Positions 13,164-25,736 of a DNA stretch of 64,000 bases are shown here, in pieces. This DNA comes from Lepidodermella squamata (taxonomy: Eukaryota; Animalia; Gastrotricha). The DNA lies in the NCBI GenBank assembly GCA_047495785.1, contig JBLDXI010000017.1, forward strand, positions 2,480,001 through 2,544,000, written 5' to 3'. Within the stretch, counting starts at the first letter, position 1, and each line of letters opens with the position of its first letter. Below the pieces are notes generated by a model. It searched no databases. It was not told where the DNA came from and saw only the letters and a program-made list of their open reading frames with translations. Position numbers and translations under genes: made by a program.

Positions 13164-14453
13164 TTTGCAAATATGTTAACGAAACTAATAAAGGCATTTG
13201 CCGCTCATCATTCATCTTTGCAAAAGCTAACTATGGCGATTGACAACGGCTAAAAATTGGCATGCGTGAAAGCAGACAGCAGCCATAAAAGTCAACTTTT
13301 TGTATGACAAAAGAGCGCGCGCTGTTATTTTAATTGAGAGATAAATATAAAGAACGCAGGTTTTTGCGGTGTATCAAAAACGCGAGCAGCGCAAACCGCT
13401 CAATGCTTTCCCGTCTGCGAATAAGATAGATAGCCATTTTTCTCACGATAAGGTGCCTGCGTGGAGATTCTGCAATTTACGGCACTGATAACAAAATATT
13501 GCATTATTAATTTTTTCGGCTAAATGCCTTGTATTTTTATTAATAATTCTTTAAGCAACTTGTTAAAACTGACCGGAGTGCTGGCCATTTAGACTACCCG
13601 CCGGTCTCTCTTCGTGTATAAGCCGGCCGTATGTATATCGCATTCACGCGCTAAAATAAGTGATGGTTAATAATAATATTAGCCAGTTATCTGTCACCGC
13701 GCTCCTAGCCAATAATATTATTACTAAATTTACCCACCACAATAAAAATTATCAAAAAATATCACGCGGCTTCAGTTTTTTGCTATATTATATACATACA
13801 CACACACCTTGTGAACGTTTATTAATGACGTATAATTTTGACAGTTATTATTCGCATTTCTTTTTTTCAACTCAATGTTTATATCGCCAACACGCTCTTT
13901 ATTTATAGCCGAGCGGTGGGAGGTGGCAATCTAAAGAGATGGCAGCATTAGCGCGTGTGAAACAATTTGTCACCTTTGTTATCATCGCCTATTTCACAGT
14001 TAAACTTTACGAAACTTTGAAACAGCAGCAGATATAATGGATTTTCCCGTCACCAAACTGAAATCTGATCGCAATATCAAACTGACTTGTCTCAGGGTCG
14101 AAATAATGCTGAGATTTGTTTTGGGGATTTGACCTGCCGCGCGGAGTATCATTATTTGCGCACTTTTGCGTCAATCAAATATTGCCTCGACGCAATAATC
14201 GATGTGCGCATTCGATTTGGCAAAAGTTCAAGAAATTAACTGCTTGCGATGTGAACCAGTTTTTTTGAAAACTCAATGGCCGATTTGAAACCTTTTTCTG
14301 GTATAATTTTATTACAATTTCAGAAACACGACGTGTCAAATGGATTTAATTTTTAGTGGCCCTAGATAATTACAGTGCAAGGAATAACAACCAATCAAAC
14401 GCAAAGATTTCAAAAATTGTAGTGTCCTAATATTGGAATCATACCACGGGCTG

Positions 14454-15147
14454 TTACTGATATTGAAGCATTTCTGCGATGAAAGTCAGCCCGAAAGTGC
14501 GGAAGAACTTCTTCCAAACATAAGTCAGCTGACTGGCGGTCATATCGCTAGAAATCGCATCACAGTTGGATGCGTAGATGGCCATTTCGCTAATCAAAGC
14601 AGTGTTCATACATCCAAATAGCGCTAGAATATGCATCGGTTTGACTTTGAATCGGACGTGACTGGCCGCCAAATCGCGAACTACGTCAAGAAATCGTTCG
14701 CTTTTGTCCAAGCGATTGAGGCATCGTTCGAAAACGTGCATCACGCGCATGCCGAGGCGGTGAACTTCCCAACTGTAGCGAACATCCTCAGCTGTCTTCA
14801 CTGATACACTTTGCGGGACGAAAAGAGCAAAAGCATCAGGGTGCTCTTGAAATAAGCTGTAATACAGATAACACTGGTTGATGAATGATGAAATCAGCAG
14901 GGATTTACCTCGAAAACGCATTAATTGTGATACTCTCCAAGCGGTGTTGAATTGATACAAAACTTTTACGCAGTAAATTAATTTCTTGTGGGCTAAATGA
15001 GTCCGAGAACCACCAACCACCCGCGTTGATAGATTCGGCGATAATGCTAGCCGAGGCAGCGCTATTCTCGCTATCAGCTCGGCTAGATCGCCCGCATTCG
15101 AATTCGAATTCCGGTGACGTAGGAGGTGTAGCCTCGGAATTTCGCAT
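14454..15147 (-). CDS. Globin g3 (intron 14857-14908; alternative start at 15258)
   Basis: GGWWFSDSFSPQE..NAFSS|LFQEHPDAFALF..YSWEVHRLG..LAASH..VWKKFF; B12.2 intron. Confidence 0.85.
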
Positions 15148-15884
15148 CGTTGAGGCGCAATTTTTATCGGCATAAAAATCGGCGAAAAAACAGGTGCGAT
15201 CTATTGTCCGCCTTCGTTGATGGTACGCCTTGCAATAGGGTGGTGAAGCAGGGCCCATTTCAAGTTTTAAAATAATATATAGTTCTTCTGATTTTAAAAC
15301 ATTTATTTTACCAAAGCTTTCGTCGATGTGTATCTGCTTCTTATAGCTGAAAACCGGCAAGTTCGAAATAATAAGAAATGCCTTGATTCTAAACCTCCGC
15401 GAACTATAGCCGACATCAACAGCAGATTAAAGTTCGGCATCGATAATTGCTTGGCTACTATACATCTGCCATTCAAAGAAGCTTTAATGGCTTTTTTGTA
15501 ATCCGTGATCACTCCTACGTTTTAGATCAATCGAACGCTCTGATTACTTGATCAATTGTAAGACAAAATTCGTGAAATAAAACCGATATTGAATTTATCC
15601 CTTATTTACTTTAGCTTGGAGGCAAAGTTCAAAGGGCAAAGAACAGAGTCGAAAAGGTTGGAAGATTCGAAGATCAAAAGTTCGAAACAGCTCCGTAATT
15701 AATTTGAAAACGCAATGCGAGTGGCGCAATCCCGGCTTGTTTACTTAGTCATATTGCAGTAAGTCTAGTAGAATTACAATATTTGCGATCGTTATTAAAA
15801 TCAACGTCAGCGAAAGTTCCTTTGACGAGCAGAAAAATTCTATAAAAACCCTCGAAAAATCAGACGATTTTATATTCCGTAAAT

Positions 15885-17417
15885 ATGCATCGAAAAATAA
15901 CGGCAACTGCAGTCTATACCTTATTGGTGTGTTGGACCGCGAATGCGGGTTTGCTCCCCGGTCTCGATTCTGTAGCTAACAACGTGATCGGTGGAGTCAG
16001 CGACTTGACCAATACCATAGCAGGCAGCGTGACTGTGGATCCGCGGCTGCCAGGCGCGAATCTGTTCAATGGAGTAATCGGAGGGCTGCAGAACCTCACA
16101 AATGGAGTAATCGGCCTTGTGAACGATACTACAAATGGTCTCAATTCATTCATAAACGCTACTGCTTATGGCTTGACGGATGGGCTAATCAAGTTGGCTG
16201 ATGGTTCAAATCCAAAACCGTCCTTCACCGCAGCGGAATTGAACCAGCAATGCAATGGGATCTTCTCGGCAGACCGAAGATGCCCGGATTTGGTCAATGG
16301 CCAGTCAAATAAAATCGGCCTATCTCTCGTTGTTGGCTCGTTCGATTCTCTCGACGATAAGGAAGAGGTTCTTCAGGTTTCGGCTACTCTAGTCTTCAGT
16401 TGGGAAATAACTAACTGTGTCATGAAAAACTGGACTTTTCGGTATCGAAATCGAGCTAAAGAGCGCGTGATTGTCCCGGAAACCCACCCGATATGGCGAC
16501 CGAAGCTCACCCTTGTAAACTCAGCCGACGATCCTCAGTTGAAGAGCACAACGATAAGCGAATCTTTTGAGGTAATCTATCAACCCAACGGCCCATTGCC
16601 TCCGCCACTCCCTCCGTCCCCAGAGATGGTGTATCCTATTAGCCTCAAGTTTGTACTGATGCGTACGGGAGTTTTCAGGACTGACTGCACTTTGAACCTG
16701 AAATCTTTCCCCTTCGACACTCAAGTTTGCAGCCTGGTTTTCCAGCTGAATGAAATATCAGCATTCACTGTATTCGACAACTCGTCTACTCGAATCTATC
16801 TGCCAGATTCGTTTTCTGACAACGAAGAGTTAGTTCTGATCAGCAACAACACGGAGCTCGTTTCGCAGCAGCCACAGTTGATGAAAAAGCTACTGCAGCT
16901 GGAAAATTACGAGGTCAGCCAAGCTGTTTTCAGCTTCGGGTTCAAGCGTAGGCCCCAATACTACGTCGTCAACCTGGTTTGCCCGTGTTTTGTCCTTGCT
17001 GTACTGGAATTGGCCATTTTCTTGCTTTCGAATGAAACTGCTGAGAGAGCAACCTTTTCAGTCACAATCTTGCTAGCTTTCACCTTCATCCAGTCGGACT
17101 TTATCAAGGAACTGCCTCGAACTCCTCAGGGTGTTCTTATGGCCGATTACATCTTTGTTCTGACAATTTATACGGGAGTTTGTAAGTTTCGCAGCTTGAG
17201 TTGTTTGAATGAAGAATTAAACAATTTATCCTACAAAGGTACCCTGCAATCTATGATAATGTTCTGGCTGCAATCAGTGGTCTTCGCTGAATCCAAGCTA
17301 AGGGTTCAAATGTGTGGCAAGAAAATTCAGCCGATGATCATTCTGGATTTCATCTGCTTTCTGGCAGCTCTTGCAGGATTCGTTTGGATAAACAAGCAGT
17401 GGGTCACTGTGATATAG
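15885..17417 (+). CDS. Cys-loop pentameric ligand-gated ion channel subunit (nAChR/5-HT3-like, divergent); probable in-frame intron 17182-17238
   Basis: Signal peptide; loop A IWRPKLTLVN; Cys-loop CTLNLKSFPFDTQVC; M1 RRPQYYVVNLVCP; M2 ERATFSVTILLA; LP.T after M2; M3 and M4 present. Confidence 0.85.
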   Translation: MHRKITATAVYTLLVCWTANAGLLPGLDSVANNVIGGVSDLTNTIAGSVTVDPRLPGANLFNGVIGGLQNLTNGVIGLVNDTTNGLNSFINATAYGLTDGLIKLADGSNPKPSFTAAELNQQCNGIFSADRRCPDLVNGQSNKIGLSLVVGSFDSLDDKEEVLQVSATLVFSWEITNCVMKNWTFRYRNRAKERVIVPETHPIWRPKLTLVNSADDPQLKSTTISESFEVIYQPNGPLPPPLPPSPEMVYPISLKFVLMRTGVFRTDCTLNLKSFPFDTQVCSLVFQLNEISAFTVFDNSSTRIYLPDSFSDNEELVLISNNTELVSQQPQLMKKLLQLENYEVSQAVFSFGFKRRPQYYVVNLVCPCFVLAVLELAIFLLSNETAERATFSVTILLAFTFIQSDFIKELPRTPQGVLMADYIFVLTIYTGVCKFRSLSCLNEELNNLSYKGTLQSMIMFWLQSVVFAESKLRVQMCGKKIQPMIILDFICFLAALAGFVWINKQWVTVI

Positions 17418-17866
17418 ATCCTATCAACGCAATGCATATGATCCTTTATTCGGTTTAATTTTTTGAAACATTCATCGTGTGTAATTTACGATAATTTATA
17501 TCGAATTTAATTATTGTACTCTATTTATCATTTGCTGACACTTTTATATTGAAAACTGGAACCTTATAATTCTCATTATTAATAAATTAATTATATTTTT
17601 CATTAAATCGGAATAGTGGAAATAGGGTCAAATCTGAAACGAATGGGTGTTTGCTATCAACCTTCAAGATGATCCATTAACGCCGCTTCATTAATGTCGG
17701 GTATCATATGAGATTCCCATCGAAAAATATCGATGATCAAATCTGAAAACATGCTTAATTGCTTACATGCACTCTGACACTCATCGTGATCTAGTTTCTC
17801 AATTCTGACATTTCGCGATCTGCGAAAATATTTTTTTTTATTCATCGCCCATTATATCTAAATACC

Positions 17867-18676
17867 ATGGCTCAAACCAGCCCGACGGATGAGCATGATT
17901 TGCAATCAAAAAGAGCACCCGGAAACGATATGGCTCCAGGCGATGATAAGAAAAACCCGGCAACTTGGTGGTACAGCTGTGACTTATCTTCGGACGAGCT
18001 CTTTATTCTACGCAGCAGCTACGGTGCCGTAAAACCGTATCTAGAAAACGTTGCAATTGCAGCATTCACCAATCTTTTCGATCAGCGACCCGATGCCTTC
18101 GCAGTTTTTGCCGGGAAAAAGGTCATTCCGAGTACGAGGAGCGACGTGGATTACTCGCGAAAGGTGAAGCAACACGGTTTGAGGGTTCTTAGTGTCATCG
18201 AGCGTGGTCTTGATCGAATCGATAATTGGGAGCTGTTCGAAGAGGTTGTTTCGAAAGCAGCTGCCCGCCATTTGCCATACGGCGCAAAGCCAATTCATAT
18301 TCTAGCATTATTTGGCTGTATACGCGAGGCTCTTTTGAAGGAGATTGAGATTGCCCGTGCTATTGAAGACAATGGGGAACGAAATGGACTGCCATCATTG
18401 AATTTCCCGTTCGATACTAATCATTACAAACTGGGCGTCTCTGCCATCAATTCTGCGTGGAATAAATTCTTCAGAACGTTTGGTCTAGCTCTCATCGCCG
18501 AAATGTTGTCCATGCAGGATAAAATGTCCCAAATCGATGCTGGCGAGAAGGATCAGCACATTCAAAAGCGAGTATCCCTTCAGCCCGAAGGTATGCTACA
18601 TAATACCGAGGACAAATCGAACGGCAATGTTGGCGTGGTCAAAGCTATGACTGCGCGGTTCAGCCAAGGGCATTGA
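17867..18676 (+). CDS. Globin g4 (intronless)
   Basis: TWWY..AAFTNLFDQRPDAFAVF..VKQHGLRV..AARHLPYGAKP..AWNKFF. Confidence 0.9.
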   Translation: MAQTSPTDEHDLQSKRAPGNDMAPGDDKKNPATWWYSCDLSSDELFILRSSYGAVKPYLENVAIAAFTNLFDQRPDAFAVFAGKKVIPSTRSDVDYSRKVKQHGLRVLSVIERGLDRIDNWELFEEVVSKAAARHLPYGAKPIHILALFGCIREALLKEIEIARAIEDNGERNGLPSLNFPFDTNHYKLGVSAINSAWNKFFRTFGLALIAEMLSMQDKMSQIDAGEKDQHIQKRVSLQPEGMLHNTEDKSNGNVGVVKAMTARFSQGH

Positions 18677-20282
18677 GCGGAAATATTGAGACAAATTTCA
18701 GGGACTTGAACCAGACACCACGTGATGTTGTATCTAATTTAGCGAAGAGTAGCCAAATGCGAAATAATTGAATTCTTATTCGTAACTAGCTTTATTTGAT
18801 GTCATAAAGCCAATCCGTCGTGATTCTGTCTCGGATTATCTGTTCATTTTTTGAACTTGAAAAAATAAGAAATAGGACAATTAAAATGACGATGAAAGAA
18901 TCTGATTGATTTAAAAGTGCATTCTTTTCTCCCAACCAGCTTGATGTCAAACTGTATAGGCCACAGTTGATGATTTAATCTACATTAAGTAAAATTTTTA
19001 GACCGGACAGGGAATATAGAATACATCCGCTATCACGAAATCCAATCATAAAACGGGCGTTTGAAAATCACGGTCGAGTGCTGCCCGTCTAAGATTTTTC
19101 ACCTGCACATTATTTTCCAAAGGGCTTCATACGAAGTACTGCGGATAACTTCGCCTATTAATAAGGAAATTATTCTATCGAAGTACGAAATGGAAACCCA
19201 TATTATACGAAAGTGCGCTAATAGTTTTTCGCAGACCGGCATGACCGCAGACTCGAAAAAGTGCATAAACGTAACTATTTTATGCGCTTTATTATATTTC
19301 TGAGTATAAGTTTGACATTTCCGCCAGAAAATTAAAGAGCTTGCATGAGCCGGTTGAGAGCTGATTCATTCATTATTCACTCAGCAGTATAGAGTGATAT
19401 GAATCGCTTCTATCCTCATATAGCCATCATATATCATCTCTACATTATTTCTTTTCCGCCGTAAATCAGAAACTTGCAAGTTCAACTCACGACGGCAATT
19501 CCGGATCGACGATCACAAACATCTACTGCTGTCTCTTCAATGTCGTTGTCCTTATAGGAGATGTATCCGTTTGATTTATATTAGAGATCCGATTCAAGAC
19601 ATAGTAGTGTGGTTTATTTCATAGCAGTCCAAAATTCTCAGTTCAGTGGCGAGACGTATCGGTAGCCTAATTATTTTATTATTTTTATCAAAGAGGACAT
19701 TTTCTCTTGGAGAAGAATCGATATTATTATTACGGCGATAATTCATATGAGCGTATGAGCAGCTCATTACCTTGATCCTGTATAGCTTATGGCCACTTGA
19801 TCTTGTGACATTTTCCCTCTCTTCTGCTGTCTTAAATGAGCAACTGGGGATTAACAATTTTTGAAAATTCTAATGATCATGTCAGGTATATGAAATTTTA
19901 TGTAAAAAAATATGTTCCCAAAAAAGCTCATTTTTAGAGGCTCAAATAAGGGAAACACGCCGCACAAATGGGCTCGAAATGAGCTCGGACATGGCCAAGA
20001 TATAACCTTTTTACTGCTTCCTTAAACGTTACATCTTTAAAAATATCTCGGCTGCAGAAAAATCCGAGTGGGAAAAATTTATTCATAGATCTCTCAGAAA
20101 TTCATGGCGCTATGCTTCTTTTAGAATTGCGTGCGGGATATTGCGTGGGTCTTTTCTGTGTATGACTTTTGATCAATCCCATCAGAAATCTAAAAGCTTA
20201 TATTATTCTCTCAATTTTTTTTCTTGGTTTCCGGATGTTATTAGTCGCATTATACTGATTCACCACTACAACGCTTCCAAAA

Positions 20283-21152
20283 ATGTCGCAAGATACCGCG
20301 GCACATCCTGCTTCGACGGCTGAAGATGGTATTTTGTTGAATGGTCACCGATTATCTCAAGGATCTGAATCGAAGACGGCTAGTTCTGGTAAAAATCCCC
20401 AGGCCGCGTGGTGGTTCGTGTGTGACTTCTCCGCCGACGAACTCTCCATTCTTCGCAGCAGCTTTACGGCTGTTAAACACCGCTTGGAAAACGTAGCCGT
20501 CGCTGCTTTCACGAGCCTGTTCGATGAGCGCCCAGATGCATTTGCTGTATTCGTCGGGAAGAAAGTCCTACCCAGCAGCCGCAACGACGTAGCTTACTCT
20601 TGGGAGACGAAGCAGCACGGTCTCCGCGTTCTCAGCATCGTCGAAAAGTGCCTAAATCGAATCGACAAATGGGAGCAATTCGAGGATGTAGTCTCAAGCC
20701 TTGCAAAGCGGCATTTGAATTACGGCGCCAAGCCAGTTTACATTCTTGCATTATTCGGCTGCCTTCGTGAGGCCTTGCTGAAAGAGATGGAGATTAGCCG
20801 AAGTCAATGTTCGACTCCAACTGAGCCGGCTCCTTTTCCTAGCAACGGTAACCCGTTTCAGCTCAGCTTGTCACCGATAAACTCGGCATGGAGCAAGTTT
20901 TTTCGAACCCTAGGTTTAGCGTTGATTGCCGAGATGCTGTCGTTGCAAGAAAGCGGAAAGTTGACTGAAATCTACCAAAGCCCTGAGAAAAATCATGGCA
21001 GCGAGTCGTCATTGAGGAGCGATATTGACTCGCCAGTTGCAGCGAATTCCCCCAAAATCAAAGATGGTGCCAAATCGAAAAAATCTAACGAGACTAACAA
21101 CATTATAAGAGCTGTAACATCCAAATTTAATTTGAACTTGGGGAATTCCTAA
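20283..21152 (+). CDS. Globin g5 (intronless)
   Basis: AWWF..AAFTSLFDERPDAFAVF..YSWETKQHGLRV..LAKRHLNYGAKP..AWSKFF. Confidence 0.9.
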   Translation: MSQDTAAHPASTAEDGILLNGHRLSQGSESKTASSGKNPQAAWWFVCDFSADELSILRSSFTAVKHRLENVAVAAFTSLFDERPDAFAVFVGKKVLPSSRNDVAYSWETKQHGLRVLSIVEKCLNRIDKWEQFEDVVSSLAKRHLNYGAKPVYILALFGCLREALLKEMEISRSQCSTPTEPAPFPSNGNPFQLSLSPINSAWSKFFRTLGLALIAEMLSLQESGKLTEIYQSPEKNHGSESSLRSDIDSPVAANSPKIKDGAKSKKSNETNNIIRAVTSKFNLNLGNS

Positions 21153-21941
21153 AAGAAATAAGCAATATTATACTAATGCAAATTGATGAAATTGCAATGT
21201 AGAATTTTCAAAATTTAGTCTTGATTAGCTTTCACCTGATTGCAAGCTGACAGCCGAAAATTGTTAAAGAAAGATGTTCTCTATTTTATTTAATTAACAA
21301 AAGTAGGTGAGTGAGTGCCGAGAATCAGCTTATAATAAAACAGCGATTAGACGGGACACGAACCCTCGGCTTTTGCCACACATGTGACTTTGCGGTATGC
21401 AAATGTGTAACATTGGGAGAGAGGCTATGCTGTTACGATTGATTACCCGGCAGCCCACACGCATTATCGAGATTGCCTTGCCATCGATTCCTCCATGAGC
21501 TGGTTAAAAGTTGGTAATCTCTTTTAACTTGAATTGCTATTCTCAAGATATATGCTACATGAGGAACTAGAGGTTCGATAGAATCTAGATCGTGTTTCAA
21601 ATCGAGTCAAGTATTCAGTTCTTCGAAATTATTATTAGCAAAATGCATTATCCCGTTCTTCTTTTGAATATAATGGCGATAATGCTCCCACTAGCTCGGA
21701 ATATTATTAAATTTTTCGTCCTATATTAAATTACTGAATTGTATTTTCCGCGTTTGCTTTTATAACGGCTTGCCGCTCGTCAGATCACCCTTCAAAAATT
21801 AATTGTCCGGGAATGTATGAAATAACGTTGCCTCTGACATATACGGAGCATATTGATTCGAATGGCACTATAGCCAGTGAATTTTTACATCTAAACGACT
21901 AGCCGCTAAAGTTATATTATACACATCCTGCAGTCCATATA

Positions 21942-22849
21942 ATGACCTCGCCGGAAACATCAAGCCATCATCAGCGGGCCTGGTGGTTTATTTGCGATTT
22001 CTCCGCAGTCGAGCTTGCTATCCTCCGTAGCAGCTTTATAGCAGTGAAAAATCGGCTGGAGAGCGTTGCGATTGCGGCGTTTACCGAGTAAAAATTATTC
22101 TAAAACGTACTTCAATTTCAATTTCTGGAAAATTTAGCCTGTTTGACGTCCGACCTGACGCCTTCGCTGTATTCGTAGGTGCTAAGGTTCGGCTTATAAT
22201 ATAATTTATTTGGCCGATTTAACAATTTTCAACGCTAGGTTCTACCGAGTACTCGAGACGAAGTTAGGTACTCGTGGGAAACTAGACAGGTAAAACCCGC
22301 TTAATTATTCGAATTAGTTTCTCATCGATTTGCTTCAACGTTAAAAGCACGGTCTTCGAGTGTTGAGTATTGTCGAGAGGTGCCTCAATCGCATTGACAA
22401 ATATGAGCTGTTCCAAGACGTTGTCTCCGGCCTGGCCGCTCGACATTTATCCTACGGCGCAAAGCCGGTTTATCTTCTGGTAAATTTCACAAAGTTGAAT
22501 TTTTTCATTTTATATTTACTTTACTTCCAAAAAGTCTCTGTTTGGTTGTTTAAGGGAAGCGCTGCTGAAAGAAATGTCATCGCCAGATGAAAAAATGTCG
22601 AGTGAATACAGCGCTAATGATATTGCTGTCGCTTGGAATAAATTTTTCCGAACTCTCGGCCTCGCTTTCGTTGCTCAAATGCTTGACCTGGAAGAATCTA
22701 TAGCAGTCAAATTGCAGCAGAGCAACAAATCGGAGGATTCACCATCTAGGAACTCGCCGTCCGAACTGCGAAATAGGCCACTTCACCGGAACAACTCCAC
22801 GCGGAGTACTCGCAGCGATCGTGGCCAGGCAGCGGGGGCGAGGCAATGA
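21942..22849 (+). CDS. Globin g6 (introns 22088-22137, 22187-22238, 22290-22347, 22480-22534)
   Basis: Spliced product closely matches g5: AWWFICDFS..AAFTD|LFDVRPDAFAVFVGAK|VLPSTRDEVRYSWETRQ|HGLRV..LAARHLSYGAKPVYLL|SLFGCLREA. Confidence 0.9.
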
Positions 22850-23410
22850 GGCGGAGAATTGTTGTCTTGAAATCTCTGGCTACCTTTCAACTAATTCGAA
22901 TCTGTCAGTGTTAATTACCGATGAAACTCCAAGTCCGTGTTAAATTATATTACATACACAATATCCGGCAATTAAAATGTTACGCAGTCATCTGCACTCA
23001 GATACCTTTTATTATTAGAGAAAAATTCAAGTCATCAACATTATTACTGAATATAAAAACGGTTTCCTCGATGCGACCAATGTCTTTTTTATTCAAAAGC
23101 ATTGCTTTGTCCAAAAATCAAAATTCAATTAAACACGCTTTCACAAAATATACCTACATCAGGAAATTTTAGACTCCCTAAAATGCCCCGAAATCATTTA
23201 TCGAGTATAGTCGAGAATTCCAAATTCCAACATCCCAGCGGTATAATGTATAATTTATGCTAGTATTTGTGCTCGTTGATCATGAATAATCCCAAGAAGT
23301 GGAAAAATAGCCATCTTACGGGGAGTAATAGTCCCAGAAGCGAACACAATATCAAACAGTTTTAGGAATTTGGTGAAATTTTCAAAGTTTTCAGAAGTTG
23401 AACATAGTGG

Positions 23411-24179
23411 CTACTTCGACCCTGTTTCGCGCGAAGGTGATAGATCAGATATAAGACTAGATTTCGGGTCGTCACTTTCAAGAATCGACGCGCTCGATGG
23501 AACAGTAGGGCATCCATTAGCAACATTTTTTATCCAACGATTCGGCAAAACTTGGATCTGTTTTTTATCCGAACCGCACACTCGCAGGATATCGGCTACG
23601 AATGCCAATCCAAGGATTCGAAAAAACTTGGCCCATACTTCAGTAAAAGTTATCGCATTTGCTTGGGAACAGAATTTTGCAGCAAATGCAGTCTTGAAAC
23701 AGCCCAGCAAAGACTATATTATCATAAATCATAAATAGGAATTTAACTAGAGTTATGAGGCAATCAGGTAGTATTACCAATATGTCCAATGGCTTCACAC
23801 CGTATCGAACGTGAGTTAAAGCTGTTGTGCGAACAATTTCAGCAAATTCAGGTTTCCCCAGCCGGCTGAGACATCTCTCGAAGGCATGTAACACGTGAGT
23901 GCCGTGACGGCGGGTCTCCCATGAATAAGCAACTTCATCTCGCGTCGTCGGCAGGGTGTGATTGCTCGTGAAAACGGCAAATGAATTAGGATGAAGATCG
24001 AAAAGTTGCGTAAATGATGCGACAATTATTTCATCACTGCTGAGTTTAATTATCTCGAAGCTGCTGGTGAGTAGTGCCATCTCGGTCTGACTTACATCTT
24101 CGCAAAGCAGCCACCAATCGTCAAGGTCACTTCTGCGGCTATTACAGCTCAAATCGGCGGAACTCTGTGCTGTTTCCAT
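23411..24179 (-). CDS. Globin g7 (intron 23714-23777, G7.0)
   Basis: DWWLL..ASFTQLFDLHPNSFAVF..YSWETRRHG..ALTHVRYGVKPLDIL|SLLGCFK..VWAKFF. Confidence 0.85.
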
Positions 24180-24646
24180 CGCGTCGACACTTTGATCACT
24201 TGTTAATAATATCTTACTTCGCACTGCGGAAACGGTTAAATATTATCATCAAATTAACTGCTATTAGCCAGTAAAGGTCGACGAAAATTAAGTATATAAA
24301 ATGTCACTGACATCTATTATAATGCTCAGTCTGAGCCTTATTTATATAGGAATCTTTCAGCCTTTTCAAGCCTTATTAGCTAATTTTTTGAACTATAATA
24401 AGTCAGTTCGCCCTTTAACATGCCTCAATCGAAGTTGATCGCTGTGAATCACACCGACGAGAGTGCGAGGGCGGAAGTAAAAGATCGATTAAGGTGGTTG
24501 CTGAGCCGGTCATTTTTGTCAGCAATTAAGCTACCTTGCGACTGTTTGCGCGAAGCCAATCAGGTTTGGCGTATAATACCGCAGCGGTGTATATTGACTA
24601 GATCCATAAATCATAGCTTCGAAATCAAATATTTTCAAGAAGTATT

Positions 24647-25209
24647 TTATTTTAGGGCTTGTTCACATTCCATTTCAGTTATAACAGCCAAAGCCAGCAT
24701 ATTAAAGAATTTTCCCCACTCAGGCGAACTGATTTGCTGAGAATCAAGTCTCGCCGCAATTTCATTCTTGGTGCAGCCGACCAGGTCGAGCACGTGGCGA
24801 GCTCGAACCTTATGCGTCAAGAAATCGGTCGCCAACTCGCGCGAAACGCTTACAAAAGCGTCGCAATGGTGGATTCGGCTGAGCAGCCTTTCGACCGAAT
24901 GCAGCATTTGCTGGCCAACGCGCTGAACCTCCCAACTATAAGCCACGTCGTCGCTCGATGGCGTCAAGTGTGGCGTCTTGACAATGGCCGAATAGGAGTT
25001 TGGGTTCCGGTTCAGTAACCTAAAATTGATAATCATTTTCTGAAGTCTCAAGCTTAATAATTCTTTGATAAAAAATACCTGACAAATATTGAAGTTACCA
25101 AGGGCTGAAAGTACATTTTCAGGCTTCCAAAAGACTGCCGCAGGGATGTCACTTCATCAGGCGTGAAGTCAATGAAAAACCAGTAGTCACGGTCACAATT
25201 ATTAGCCAT
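24647..25209 (-). CDS. Globin-fold protein g8 lacking haem-ligand residues (intron 25020-25078, B12.2)
   Basis: MANNCDRDYWFFIDFTPDE..SIFVR|LLNRNPNSYSAIV..VAYSWEVQRVG..LATDFLTHKV..EWGKFF. ORF intact and colinear with g1-g9. Confidence 0.75.
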
Positions 25210-25736
25210 TTGAAATCTCCAGAACTGCAAATAAAATTCTCTGCGAGTAATACGAACAAAAATTGAAAATATGTTTTTCGAGCCGCCGATATTAGTCCCT
25301 GATTAGTAGCATATTGTCGTCATTTTATATCCTCTCCTCGATGCCGAACTCGTTATAGGCCGATTTGCGCTGCAAATTAAATCAGCTCACAATTAAACGC
25401 ACGCTTTGTCATCCACCGGCTTTATATCGATTTTCCATTACTAAATAGCAGACAGCAGACTAAAAAGTAAGATCATCGAATTTTGCTTTCCCTATTTTGC
25501 TGCGCATTAGACGGAACTTACATGAAAATTATGTGACCTGGGATCAAGCTTATCCGCGGCGAAGCCTAGGCAATATAGATATAAATTTTGAACAAAAAAT
25601 CACGAACCAAATTTAAACAAAAAAGACAATTTTTTACTCATTTAAAAGACAAATTCTATCTAAAAATCAATTAGATCAAGGTAATACTCTCAAGTTCCGA
25701 GTTACTATAAGAATTCCCAACCAGCGAGAATAAAAT

